Shown here: positions 13,681 through 25,389 of the stretch, piece by piece
How the letters are laid out: every line of letters begins with the position of its first letter
How positions within the stretch are numbered: position 1 is the stretch's first letter
Origin: Vicugna vicugna
Lineage: Eukaryota
Assembly (NCBI GenBank): GCA_013265495.1
Contig: MU058153.1
Span: 1,552,001 to 1,616,000 of the forward strand
DNA: 64,000 bases
Direction: 5' to 3'
The notes under the pieces: generated by a model
What the model saw: only the letters and a program-made list of their open reading frames with translations
Databases searched by the model: none
Told to the model about the DNA's origin: nothing
Translations under genes and position numbers: made by a program

Positions 13681-14309
13681 ATATAAATGCTAAATTATTG
13701 CCATAGTGACTTTTTGAATTGGAAGTGGTGACCCTCTACCTTTTTTAAAAGTTTCTAAGAGATTCATCGAAGAGGCACTGTTTACTGAGATGAGAAATTT
13801 GGGCGAAGTCATTACACAGGCGCTCAATCCACGAATCCATGATGAACCAGTTGCGTGGTGCATATATTGGGTGATACAAGCTTCTTTGGCATTCCCTTTG
13901 TGCTGGAAGAGATGCAGAAAATGAGCTGTTTCATTCCCCTTCCCACATATCTACTCAAAATCACTAAGAGTAGGCACATGATACATACAATAATCCTCTT
14001 ACACTAAGATTCTTTTTTGTAAATAAACATTGTGTTTCATGGAACATGATTTAATTTGTGGTATGTCTGCCTATAGGTAGCAATTGACTATGTTATCATG
14101 AGTTTTTGTACAGAAGAATCTCTAGAAATTTATGTATATTTGTGCATGTCACTATTTTGGCATATTTTCACAGGTACCCTATGTTAAGTTGCCAGTGTTT
14201 ACAGCTGCGTTTGCCCCCAGAGGGAAGGCATTTTAACAAAATTAATTGTGAGAAATATTTTGCTTTTGCCATCATTCTTGCAGAAGCTTTTTCATGGAGT
14301 GTTTGAGAT

Positions 14310-14710
14310 CAGATGTCCTGAACCAATAAGATGAACGTCTGAGCCCTGGCTCTGTACTTACTAGCCATGTGACTTCATGCATGTTTCTTCTCCTATGATT
14401 GAATTTCTTTATCTTGAAAATGGAGGCTCTAACAGTTCCTTCCTCAGAGGACTGCTGTACAGATAAGAAAGGGGGAGAGTATGCAGCCTGTGCATCTGCA
14501 AAGGACCCCAGATTCAGACGGGCCCATGCTTGGCTTAATGCTCTGTTGTAACTGATTTGAAATTCTCAATGATTTTTAACAAGGCACCCCATATTCCCAT
14601 TTTGCACTGAGCCCTGCAATTTTGTCACCATTCTTGGATGGGATTGTTTGTGAAGTCTAGCCTCTGGTGCCTAGCACAAGACTAACTCTCAGTAAAAATG
14701 TCAGGTACTC
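14310..14710 (+). mobile_element. MIR interrupted by MER91A
   Basis: CCCTGGCTCTGTACTTACTAGCCATGTGAC...TGAAAATGGAG; resumes about 14640 with TGGTGCCTAGCACA...CTCAGTAAAAATG. Confidence 0.6.
14478..14637 (+). mobile_element. MER91A-like hAT-Tip100 MITE
   Basis: GGGCCCATGCTTGGCTTAATGCTCTG...TTGAAATTCTCAATGATTTTTAACAAGG...CATTTTGCACTGAGCCCTGCAA. Confidence 0.75.
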
Positions 14711-15090
14711 ATCATTTTGCAAGAGAGTTTTTTGTTTATTGGATATAGCCCCCAAATTTTATTCTCTGAACTTTTTCAGTCTGGTCTGGACATTGAAACT
14801 GATGGTGGGGGGCATCTCAGATGTCCCCATGCATTCAGGTCACATGTGGTTGGGAAACAGCACAGTGAGGCCCTCTACCTCATTCTTCCATTTCTCCATG
14901 ATTGCACACCTGATGGAACATGGGCTGTGGATGGCTGCAGACTCAAAGTACAAAAACACTTCTCTATAAACAGGAGCCACATTGCTCAATAAAATACGTT
15001 AGATTTGTTGTTTTCTTAGTCTGAGAAATGATGGCTTTAGCTGATCCACTCTCTCACTGACAGTGACTCCAGAAAGACACGTGCAGAGAT

Positions 15091-15135
15091 CTAATACTCT
15101 TTTTCTTTTTTTTTTTCACTCTTACTGTATTGCAG
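15091..15135 (+). promoter_or_regulatory. LRRC4C: 3' splice site of the LRRC4C coding exon
   Basis: Branch-point-like CTAAT (15091-15095), long T-rich polypyrimidine tract, TTGCAG ending at 15135, 42 nt upstream of the ATG. Confidence 0.85.
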
Positions 15136-15173
15136 ACTATTTGAACTCCAGAAGGACCAACACCAGATAAATT

Positions 15174-15227
15174 ATGAATGTTGAACAAGATGACCTTACA
15201 TCCACAGCAGATAATGATAGGTCCTAG
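15174..15227 (+). other. Out-of-frame overlapping uORF (17 aa, [17 protein letters not shown])
   Basis: ATTATGAATG: ATG at 15174 lies 4 nt before the main ATG at 15178; TAG at 15225-15227. The ORF is seen directly; translation is untested. Confidence 0.6.
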
Positions 15228-17100
15228 GTTTAACAGGGCCTTATTTGACCCCCTGCTTGTGGTGCTGCTGGCTCTTCAACTTCTTGTGGTGGCCGGTCTG
15301 GTGCGGGCTCAAACCTGCCCTTCAGTCTGCTCCTGCAGCAACCAGTTCAGCAAAGTGATTTGCGTCCGGAAAAACCTACGTGAGGTTCCAGATGGCATCT
15401 CCACCAACACTCGGCTGCTGAACCTCCATGAGAACCAAATCCAGATCATCAAAGTGAACAGCTTCAAACATTTGAGGCACCTGGAAATCCTACAGTTGAG
15501 TAGGAATCACATTAGAACAATTGAAATTGGGGCCTTCAATGGTCTGGCAAACCTCAACACGCTGGAACTCTTTGACAATCGTCTTACCACCATCCCGAAT
15601 GGAGCTTTTGTTTATCTGTCTAAACTGAAGGAGCTCTGGCTGCGAAACAACCCCATTGAAAGCATCCCTTCTTATGCTTTTAACAGAATCCCTTCTTTGC
15701 GCCGACTAGACTTAGGGGAACTGAAAAGGCTTTCGTACATCTCAGAAGGTGCCTTTGAAGGTCTGTCCAACTTGCGGTATTTGAACCTTGCCATGTGCAA
15801 CCTCCGAGAAATCCCTAACCTCACGCCACTCATAAAACTAGATGAGTTGGATCTTTCTGGGAATCATCTGTCTGCCATCAGGCCTGGCTCTTTCCAGGGG
15901 TTGATGCACCTTCAAAAACTGTGGATGATCCAGTCCCAGATTCAAGTGATTGAACGGAATGCCTTTGATAACCTTCAGTCACTGGTGGAGATCAACCTGG
16001 CACACAACAATCTAACATTACTGCCTCATGACCTCTTCACACCCTTGCATCATCTAGAGCGGATACACTTACATCACAACCCCTGGAACTGTAACTGTGA
16101 CATCCTGTGGCTCAGCTGGTGGATAAAAGACATGGCCCCCTCCAACACCGCTTGTTGTGCCCGGTGTAACACTCCTCCCAGTCTGAAAGGGAGGTACATT
16201 GGGGAGCTTGACCAGAATTATTTCACATGCTACGCTCCTGTGATTGTGGAGCCGCCAGCAGACCTCAATGTCACCGAAGGCATGGCAGCTGAGCTGAAAT
16301 GTCGGGCCTCCACATCCCTGACCTCCGTATCTTGGATTACTCCAAATGGAACAGTCATGACGCACGGGGCGTACAAAGTGCGGATAGCCGTGCTCAGTGA
16401 TGGCACGTTAAACTTCACGAATGTAACCGTGCAAGATACAGGCATGTACACCTGTATGGTGAGTAATTCTGTTGGGAATGCCACCGCTTCAGCCACCTTG
16501 AATGTTACTGCAGCAACCACCACCCCCTTCTCTTACTTTTCAACCGTCACTGTAGAGACCATGGAACCTTCTCAGGATGAGGCGCGGACCACAGATACTA
16601 ACGTGGGTCCCACTCCAGTGATCGACTGGGAGACCACCAACGTGACCACCTCTCTCACGCCGCAGAGCACAAGGTCCACGGAGAAAACATTCACCATCCC
16701 CGTGACTGACATGAACAGCGGGATCCCAGGAATTGACGAGGTCATGAAGACGACCAAAATCATCATTGGCTGTTTTGTGGCCATCACACTCATGGCTGCA
16801 GTGATGCTGGTCATTTTCTACAAGATGAGGAAGCAGCACCACCGGCAGAACCATCACGCCCCGACAAGGACTGTGGAAATCATCAATGTGGATGATGAGA
16901 TTACAGGAGACACACCCATGGAAAGCCACCTGCCCATGCCTGCCATTGAGCATGAGCACCTCAATCACTATAACTCCTACAAATCTCCCTTCAACCACAC
17001 AACAACAGTTAACACAATAAATTCAATACACAGTTCAGTGCATGAACCGTTATTGATCCGAATGAACTCTAAAGACAATGTACAAGAGACTCAAATCTAA
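15178..17100 (+). CDS. LRRC4C: Leucine-rich repeat-containing protein 4C (netrin-G ligand 1, NGL-1), complete single-exon CDS
   Basis: 640-aa ORF: long signal peptide, LRRNT (CPSVCSC), LRR array, LRRCT (NPWNCNC), Ig domain, Thr-rich stalk, TM helix ([21 protein letters not shown]), C-terminal PDZ-binding ETQI. In-frame TGA sits immediately before the ATG. Near-identical to remembered human NGL-1. Confidence 0.99.
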   Translation: MLNKMTLHPQQIMIGPRFNRALFDPLLVVLLALQLLVVAGLVRAQTCPSVCSCSNQFSKVICVRKNLREVPDGISTNTRLLNLHENQIQIIKVNSFKHLRHLEILQLSRNHIRTIEIGAFNGLANLNTLELFDNRLTTIPNGAFVYLSKLKELWLRNNPIESIPSYAFNRIPSLRRLDLGELKRLSYISEGAFEGLSNLRYLNLAMCNLREIPNLTPLIKLDELDLSGNHLSAIRPGSFQGLMHLQKLWMIQSQIQVIERNAFDNLQSLVEINLAHNNLTLLPHDLFTPLHHLERIHLHHNPWNCNCDILWLSWWIKDMAPSNTACCARCNTPPSLKGRYIGELDQNYFTCYAPVIVEPPADLNVTEGMAAELKCRASTSLTSVSWITPNGTVMTHGAYKVRIAVLSDGTLNFTNVTVQDTGMYTCMVSNSVGNATASATLNVTAATTTPFSYFSTVTVETMEPSQDEARTTDTNVGPTPVIDWETTNVTTSLTPQSTRSTEKTFTIPVTDMNSGIPGIDEVMKTTKIIIGCFVAITLMAAVMLVIFYKMRKQHHRQNHHAPTRTVEIINVDDEITGDTPMESHLPMPAIEHEHLNHYNSYKSPFNHTTTVNTINSIHSSVHEPLLIRMNSKDNVQETQI

Positions 17101-17149
17101 AACATTTACAGTTACAGGGAAAAAAAATCAGAAAAAAAAGAGACAGTTT

Positions 17150-17300
17150 ATTAAAAAATGACACAAATGACTGGGCTAAATCTACTGTTTCAAAAAAAGT
17201 GTCTTTACAAAAAAAAACAAAAAAGAAAAGAAATTTATTTATTAAAAATTCTATTGTGATCTAAAGCAGACAAAATGATGTGTATTCCTCAGAACCTGTT
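17150..17300 (+). terminator. LRRC4C: Candidate LRRC4C polyadenylation region
   Basis: ATTAAA at 17150-17155 and 17241-17246, overlapping ATTTA pentamers 17233-17241, GT/T-rich sequence after about 17278; more distal AATAAA at 17779-17784. Confidence 0.6.
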
Positions 17301-20109
17301 TTTGCTGCACTTACTTACTGTTTTCCCACATCTCATCCCTGCCTTCCCCGACTGCCATATTTTTCATAGGAGATCTCAATTCCCTAAAGAACTGGTCTAG
17401 GAAATTTTGTAAGAATTCTGTTACACTTTGAGATTTTTATGGTGAATTCTAGTGGTGAGATCCAGTCGATTTGTCTTTCTTTCTTTTTTTTTTTCTCTTT
17501 TCTTTTCTCCCTCTCATGCCCTTATGAAGTAGTCCAATGGGGAATGCAATATTAGAAATAGATTTTTAAGAGAGAGCAAGGAAAAACTGCAAGATCTTAT
17601 ATTTTTCATGTAATGACCTGTTCTGTATTTATGAGGAGGACCACTGAATGGAAAAGAAAAGGAAAAAAAAATAAGCAAACAACAGATTAATTTACATATG
17701 AGCATCTATAAGACCCATGATCTTTTCAACAAATCTAGAACCAGAATTTGTAGTTCAAAAGCTAAACATAAGATTATAAATAAAATATCGTTGGTTTTTC
17801 TGTACCTGGACACAGCTCATTTGTAGTCTGGCTCAAATGTGAGGAACTTGAAGGTAATGAGATTTCTTACTTTCTAAGATGACACTACAATATTCTTCAG
17901 TCACAGCACCAGTCTCTACAGGGTCCTGTTCCATTAGTTGACTTGACTTTTCAATCTATTTTCAAAGATGCTCTAGTGTTCTTTTCCTTCTCATTAGGGT
18001 CACCCTTTGTAGAATGCTCAGATTAAAAAATAATGATTTTGTAAAGTAAATTCCACTTGAAAGGAAGTTTCAGTATAACTTATTCTCTGTCTCCTAAATA
18101 AAATTCTGCTGACTAGATGAGGTACAACCACGGGATGCAAAGGTATTCTAAATTATCCAAGTGGAAAAATCGTTTTTGGTGCTGAGTGTTAGCAAATTCA
18201 GTTCAAATCAACAGTAATCATTAAAGACCTCTGATGTTTTAAACACTGATTTAAGTGTTAGGGACACACAGTTGGCAAGACCTGGTTCCTGCATTTGAAT
18301 CACTGATGATCTACATGGTATATGATTAAAGAAATGTCAGTTAACTACTAGGGGCCAGCTCTGAGTTTACTGTTAGGTGGAAGTTTGAAAACCGGGACCC
18401 TTGAGTTTCAAATTATCAGGTGATTATTACCCAAACCTCCTTGATCCTGGTTTCTCCCATCCTCCAGGAAGAGCTGATTCTCTCCTACCAAATGCAGAGT
18501 GTACAGTTGTAAAGAAGTATGAGTATGAATTTACTATGGCAGATGGGTGCCTACCAAGAGATAGCCAGCCTAATACAGTGGTAATTCACCAACATTTCTT
18601 CAAGGAACTGGAGAGATTTTTTGGTATGAGAACATGCAGTAGCTTCCAAGTAAAAAAAAGAACTTTCTGGTAACTGGTGCCTCAGCATTCTCCTGATATT
18701 TTAATATAGTATGTGTCTGACTTCTCTCTTTATCTGTGTGACGCATAGTGAAAATATATACCTCTTATTACTGGTCCTTGACACCTGCCACCTCATTGGT
18801 GAGACAAGAGTTGGCCAAATTAGAGAACCCTCCAGCTCCTAATGAATGAGCAGCTTGGATACGCACACAACTCCGCAGGCTTGGACCTCACACCCAGGTT
18901 TTGTGATCTCCAGGTGTGAAAAACCAGTTGTCACTAGCAAAATAGGTCAGAGATGTGGGAGAAAGAGGGAGCAAATGAACGAGACCACACAAGGATCTTG
19001 CCTCTTTTTTTCTGATCACCAAGTCTTTTATGGTTTTCTTCACCCTCATTTCCTACCTCCCTGTGTTAGAAACACAATTCACATTTGCTTTCACTGTGAG
19101 GAAGACTCAAGAAGAAGGAAAACACATGTTGGCTGTCATTGGTCAAGCTATTCAGTATTTAATGTATCTAATATATTTCTAAGCTACAGATCAGGTTAGA
19201 AACCAACCAATCAAACAAACAAAAAAAAACCATTCACCAAGGAATATCACGTGCTAATACAAAGAAAAGTGGTATAAATCAAGAAGGAAAAGAAGTCTGC
19301 CTCCTATACTTGGTTCGTCTTCATTGAGCTCTGCCTTTGCTAACTGTAAACCTTCTTTCATTTGAGCTTATATTTCTCGAGAAGTTAGTCCCAACACCAC
19401 ATTCCCCTTAACTGTGAGGGGTGGCTGAGCAGTTAGACAAATTCTACTAAAGAGAACGAAAGGTGAACTTAAACTAAACATTTAAGTAAGAAAGTCAAGC
19501 ATACAATTCAGTCTCATGAGAGATTATAGTTGTCCTAATGAATACATTTCAAAAAAAATTAACTATGCATATACTGATGAAAGATTGGTTAAGCCAAATT
19601 TGACTTTTACAGTAAATTTAGAAATGCTTTTGACAGAAGGTCCTCACTGCAGGTTTGGGGGTTAGAGTCCTATACCTGTGTATTTAAAGACATGAAAATG
19701 AATTCTACACTTTCATGATCAGCAGTATCTGTATTTGCTCTGCAGCATGTATTTGGCTTTGGGTGACTCCGTACAGTAGCCACACTGATGTGTTCAAGAC
19801 CATCACACAAGCGGACTTCCATGGTTCAGCAGAGAGCCCATGTGACTCTTTAAACATCTGGTATACCCTTGTAACAGAACACAATTGTATGTCTTTGCTT
19901 TCTTAATTCTATCCAAAGGCAACCACATGGCAGTATTCTTAAATACTCATGTGCATCAAAAATATGCCATTACAATTAACCAAGTTAAAGTAACCAAATG
20001 ATGATTTTAGTATATATATTTATTTTTCTTACTAAAGATACACAGTTTACTTTGGGAAAACATCAAGAGTGCTTTTAAAAGGAAGCTTCTCCAACATTTT
20101 TTTTATTTT

Positions 20110-20960
20110 CCTATTCAGGAATCTTACTCTTTTATACCTGGCTATCACCTCGATCTCCTAAACTCATTTTGAATGTGTCTAAATACGTTTGTGGTGGCAA
20201 AATAGTAGAAGAATTTGGTATAATTCACACACATGGTCCCTGATGGAGCTTTAATTGTTTTACCTCATATTCTGAATATTCTGGAATCAAATATCATCTT
20301 TTCCAAAGATTGAAATAGATCATTGGAATGTTGGATTATTGGTCAATTATTGGAACATTGATCAATTCTATTTTTGATGAAGAAAATATTGCTAGTCCAG
20401 AATTGCTCTTAGGCCTTACAATCAAAGAGTTAAAAATCAGGATATTATTTGAGATTATTGAAATAATATTTGCATACTATGAAATGCTGAATGTAGATCT
20501 GTTGGACAATGACAGTGAAAGGGTTATTTACAAAAGGAAGAAGACATTTCTAGAACAGAATTTACTAAAACATGAAAAAAATATTAAGTGGATGGCCCCA
20601 AGGTATTCAACATTTCCAAGGTAAATATTGATCAAGGCAAAAAAAAAAAAATCCCTGCTTATCTCATCCTTTTGGGATAATCGTCAAGATACTTAGAAGA
20701 GTCAGATGAGTATGTGGTGCTCTGAAGCAATGTGATTTTTAAATAATGTGCCAAATTGTTTATTTGGTGCTTCAACTTGCTAGTTTTAATGAGGATACTG
20801 AAGATAATTATATCATCAAATATCACAGATGTAACATGTAAAAGCCTTAGTAAGGAGTCAAGGTCTTCTAGGAAGCCATTTGTCCATTTCTCATAGAATG
20901 TATTTTCAGAGTCAAATTTCTTATAAAAAACATCTCCTCTCAAACTATATACACATTATA
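20110..20960 (+). mobile_element. Highly degraded piggyBac-like transposase relic
   Basis: Colinear motifs across frameshifts: MEL*LFYLI / YSGI, DYWS, FEII / YLH, DNDSERVIYK, EKNI/VD, HFQGKY*SRQ..NPCLSHPFGIIVKIL, ESDEYVV, resembling piggyBac DDD-domain motifs. Recognised by eye only. Confidence 0.5.
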
Positions 20961-23712
20961 TTTGATTAGCATATTTCTGTACAAACGTCACTGTAGATTA
21001 ATATGTCTAAACAATTGCTTTGAAAAAAGTCAAGGTACCTCTATTCTTTCTCTTCTGCCATAAGAAGAATATATGAATTCCTACAAACTCTGTATTAGGT
21101 AGAAACCAGCTGTGATGTTGTTGTCTTTCCATGCTCTTTCAGGGTAAAAAATGAGATACATCTGGCCCCAAGAGAGAAATAAGAAATCTCCTAGAACTAC
21201 CGACAGTGCACTGTCAGTTAAGGTCCAAATTTAGACGCTGAATGAAGCACTCTTACAACACACACCAGACCCTGTCATTTTGTTTCTTTAAGTTCCTGCC
21301 AAAAACACTTCTGAGATTTCAATCTTACCATTATTTGAGAAATATATGCAAATATAAAGTTATATAATTAAATTGTAAAACAAGTGCTTTGCAGCAGCTG
21401 AAAAAAAAACCATACTCCTTTGCTTTTGCCCAGAATATATTAAAATTTAAAAAAAAAAAAAGAGGGAGGGGGATTGCTGCAAGATAGACAGTAAATTAAG
21501 CTTTTTAATGAAAACACATGATATTGGAAAAAATTCCACTGTTTTATAAATGTGATAACACCCAGTAAATGAGGGTACTCTTGCATGTCCTGGGTGAAAT
21601 ACAGAAAGCAAGAATTCTACAGAAATCCAGACCATGAAAACATCTTTCCATATGTGGTCCAGGAACTTTATTTTCCAGGTAATTAATGCTGAACTTTGCT
21701 ATATATCTGATGCTGAAGTGCTGAATTTGAGTTTGTCCAACTGGCATCAATCCCGTCTCTATCTGGTTGGCAGAAGTAGCTAATATATGGCTTGTTACCT
21801 GGACCACGGAGAAGACTCACTGTCGTTTGGAGGAGAGGGGCTGGTCTCTGTGGAGGCAGGAGAACCCCTTCTGATCTGTGTCCTCCAACCCTGAGAACTT
21901 GGCAGAATCTCCATCTCGCTCCAGCCCTCGGCAATCATAATGGAAACTCATCCATTATGGGAATCCCTGCCATTCATTATGTCTCTATATCAGGAAGGCT
22001 TCTGCGTAACAATTAGTAAATCTCCTGATTTTTGAGCCCTTAGTTCCACATTAAAAGAGGTAAAAAATAAAAGAGAATGTCATCTCTACTTAAACACAGT
22101 TGCTAGTTTTGTAAAACGCATAGTTCTCTGAAAGAAATAAAGGAAGCCTCAACTGAACTAAATACATTAAAACATGCACCACAGTAATTACAATATTTTT
22201 ATGCTATATACTTTCTTATGGTAACGACTATAAAATTTAAATCAAATAATTTGTAATACTAGGGAAATCATGGCTTTCTTTACTAATGGAATCATTATGA
22301 AAAAAATCAATTTTAACAAAACTTGTGAAAAGCCTCAAAAGTCAAATGTTGAATTGGACTTCCCAGTCCTATGGCTAGTTTTATTTTTAAAAAATAAAGT
22401 TTTACAAAATGAAAGAGAGAAGTAATACAGTTTGTCTTTCCAGTAGCCCTCAAGCAGGCTAGCTCATGCTTGTAAAGATATTTCTTAACAGAAATGGATG
22501 TTAAAGAATAAAGCTTAGTTAATTCTGACCATAAAAATGTCATGTAGCTATGTATTCTCACCTAAAATTCTTTCAAGAGTCTTGCAAATAAGTCACTCTT
22601 AAAAAGATAATGCTAGCCTTTGTGAACTCAGTTGCATTTGGTTTTTTAAAGCCATATCTTTATTCTATGTAGAAGTATATTTTATCCCTGGTTTTTATTT
22701 CTCAGCATGTTTTCAGGTTTTCTAGAAGTGCTGTAAACTGAGACTACATGTCATTTAGTTATGCGATATGGAGGTCAACCCAGTATTGGTAGCAAGTCAA
22801 TTAGGTGAATAAATTATTTCCTAGGCATTGTAGGAGTGGTGCCTCTTTTTTTTTTTCTATTCTTAAACTCCACTTAGGAGATCCAATATTTTTATTATAA
22901 TTAATAGAACTGCTACCTCCAAGAAAAAGGAAGAAAGCAGGAAACTCATAATATTGAAAAATACTTTAAAAGATACAGAGTATATATCTTATATGTATAT
23001 ATATAATTTTATGAATATAAACTTGTTACCATACTTCCTATCAAAGACAAATGCCTATATATATATATATATGTATGTATAGATTATTCATCAGACAGTA
23101 AGTGCTAATGAGATAAAAATCTCATTTATTGGCCAACATGGTTTCAATTTATTGACGTTATCATTAAACTCTTACAAAATTCAATTTATAATAAATCCTG
23201 AGAGTGATTTATGGTAGTTGTTTAAAGACCATTTTAGTAGTGAGAAAGCACTGACGTTAAGGAATAAAAATCCACAATTAGATGAATGTCATAAATGAAC
23301 TGGGCTTGTGGAAATTAGTGGGCTATCGTTAGGTATTCATAGGATAATTCAAAAATAAAAACGGTGTGCTTTATAGCTTAGAAAGTGCTTTCAGCTGTTT
23401 TCTCATTTGCTGAGCCTTGAAAGAATGGTATGTGAGTGTATTTTAATTAATGAATCAAATTTCCCCTGAATAGAGCATTTGTCTGTATATAGAACTATTA
23501 ATATTTTAAAGCCATAAACACAGAATTGAAAGGAAGAAAACAAATCACTTGGGGAAAAAGTAAATGGTAAAAGTACAAAAAAAAAAAAGTGGTTAGATTA
23601 TTTCTATGTTAAGATGGATTCATTCACATACTGAAAATGAATTGAGAAGCCTCCTTAATTCTAAGCCCTTTTCAAGACTCTGGTTATACAAGAGTGAACA
23701 AAACCTATGTGA

Positions 23713-23823
23713 TTGGGTGACCAATTCACTTCGGTTTGCCCAAACTTTCCTGGGTTTAGCACTGGACATCCTGTATCCCAGAAACCACCTAATTCAAGGC
23801 AAACCAGGGTGGCTGGTCGCTCA
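23713..23823 (+). mobile_element. MER81-like hAT-Blackjack MITE
   Basis: GGGTGACCAA...CGGTTTGCCC...TTTAGCACTG...GGCAAACCAGGGTGGCTGGTCGCTCA; inverted ends, about 110 bp. Confidence 0.8.
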
Positions 23824-24589
23824 CTTTCCTACATTCTCTTCTGGTAATTGTCACCTTGATTCCATGATTCATATTAATGTTCTTATCTCATTGTCAATGG
23901 CAATGCCAGATAATGTTGGCCACTAGTAAGCAGGGGCCAGAACATTTTTTCCTAAGTCGGGTAAGGTCATAACAAGAGCAAATGCTTGTAATATCAAATC
24001 CCCTAGAAAAGCTTCTAGGTGGCACTCTGCAGAGGGCAGCAGAAGCACAGAAGGCACAACGTCCCTCAAGGAGGAATTATGCAGTCAGGGGGTGTCAGCA
24101 ATGACCATAGTTACCATCTGCAGGTCACCTACACGCATCACCTCCAGTCCTTACAAAGCCCTATAAGGTAGATATTATTATCTCTATTTTAGAGATGAAG
24201 AAATTAAACTCTTTCCAGTGCACAAAAATTAGAAAGAAAAATAAAAGTGAAAGAAGAGAATTGGAGCTTTCAGATGACTTAGCAGTAACATTTATTACTC
24301 AGAATAGAAAACTGTTCACAGTCTCCTTAGAATAGTTTATCTCTTGGGTTCTGTTATGTCATGTTCTGGAAAACGGCCTTCTCTTTGGGGATACAACTTG
24401 GTAATTAGGTGTTAGTCTTATTTGAGCCTTCAAATTGGCTAATGAAATGGGTAGGTCAGTGCCTTTGAAGCACTCGATTGGTTAATAAGGCAATATTTTG
24501 AATATCGACTTGTATTGAATTTCACAGACGAACTTCAAATGGAAAACATTACAGATCAGCTAGCATTCAAAGATGAAAATATATAGTTA

Positions 24590-24615
24590 AAATAAAATAA
24601 AATAAAATAAAAATA
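24590..24615. repeat. (TAAAA)n tract
   Basis: Direct reading. Confidence 0.85.
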
Positions 24616-25389
24616 GTTAAACTATTTTTATCATAACCAATCAGGTTTAAGTATTTTACTTTTAAGGTTGCATTATGATTTAATTTTGTATAATAATCAA
24701 ATGTCATTGATGAATGACAATATTTATGAATAACACAGTAGCTAAAACATCATATTCCAGTCCCTTCCCATTAAAAAAACTCTTTACTAACCTCAGTAGT
24801 TCTTTAACATTTTTGTTAAAGAGATCTTAAACATATAACTACATGAAAACATATAAACTGTTTTCATAAAGTCAGTATTCACCTTTCTTAGAGTACAGCA
24901 CACTATGTAAAGCTATCTAAACTACTTAAGAGGTAAACACTAGGCAAAAATTTTTTTTTTGCTTGTCAAGTAGCTGAAAGAGAGAAAAAATATAAGGTAT
25001 ACCCCTAAATTTAGTGGCTTAACTTTTGAAAGTTGGAGACTCAAATGAACAATTCTGAATAAAAAATAATAATAATAATTGACTAACCAAATACTCCCAA
25101 CAAATTTTAAGCGTCTATACTTTCATTTTGGTCAGTAATTTTTTTATACTTAGTAAAAGCTTTACCTTTGATAAATAATAAATGCAAACAGAGTAAAGAT
25201 AATCATAAAAAACAGATGGATACAAGAAGGAATTAAGGGATAATATAGACCAGCATTGAGATACATTGGGAAAGCAGTCTCTCCACGAGTGATAGACTTG
25301 AGAATGGGACCCTAGCTGTGGATTTTTTAAGATGATATGAGTGATTAGTTTTAAATCCTTGGCGCTTTTCAGTATCTTTTCATTCTTCA

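Noticed and set aside
16069..16998. Antisense ORFs overlapping LRRC4C (up to 152 aa)
   Set aside because: Expected shadow ORFs opposite a GC-richer coding sequence; no independent support.
19960..20420. Minus-strand reading resembling a CR1/L3 endonuclease region (ILD*..IF, NVGEA..FKSTL)
   Set aside because: Needs several frameshifts and has poor spacing; the plus-strand piggyBac reading gives more motifs in the right order.
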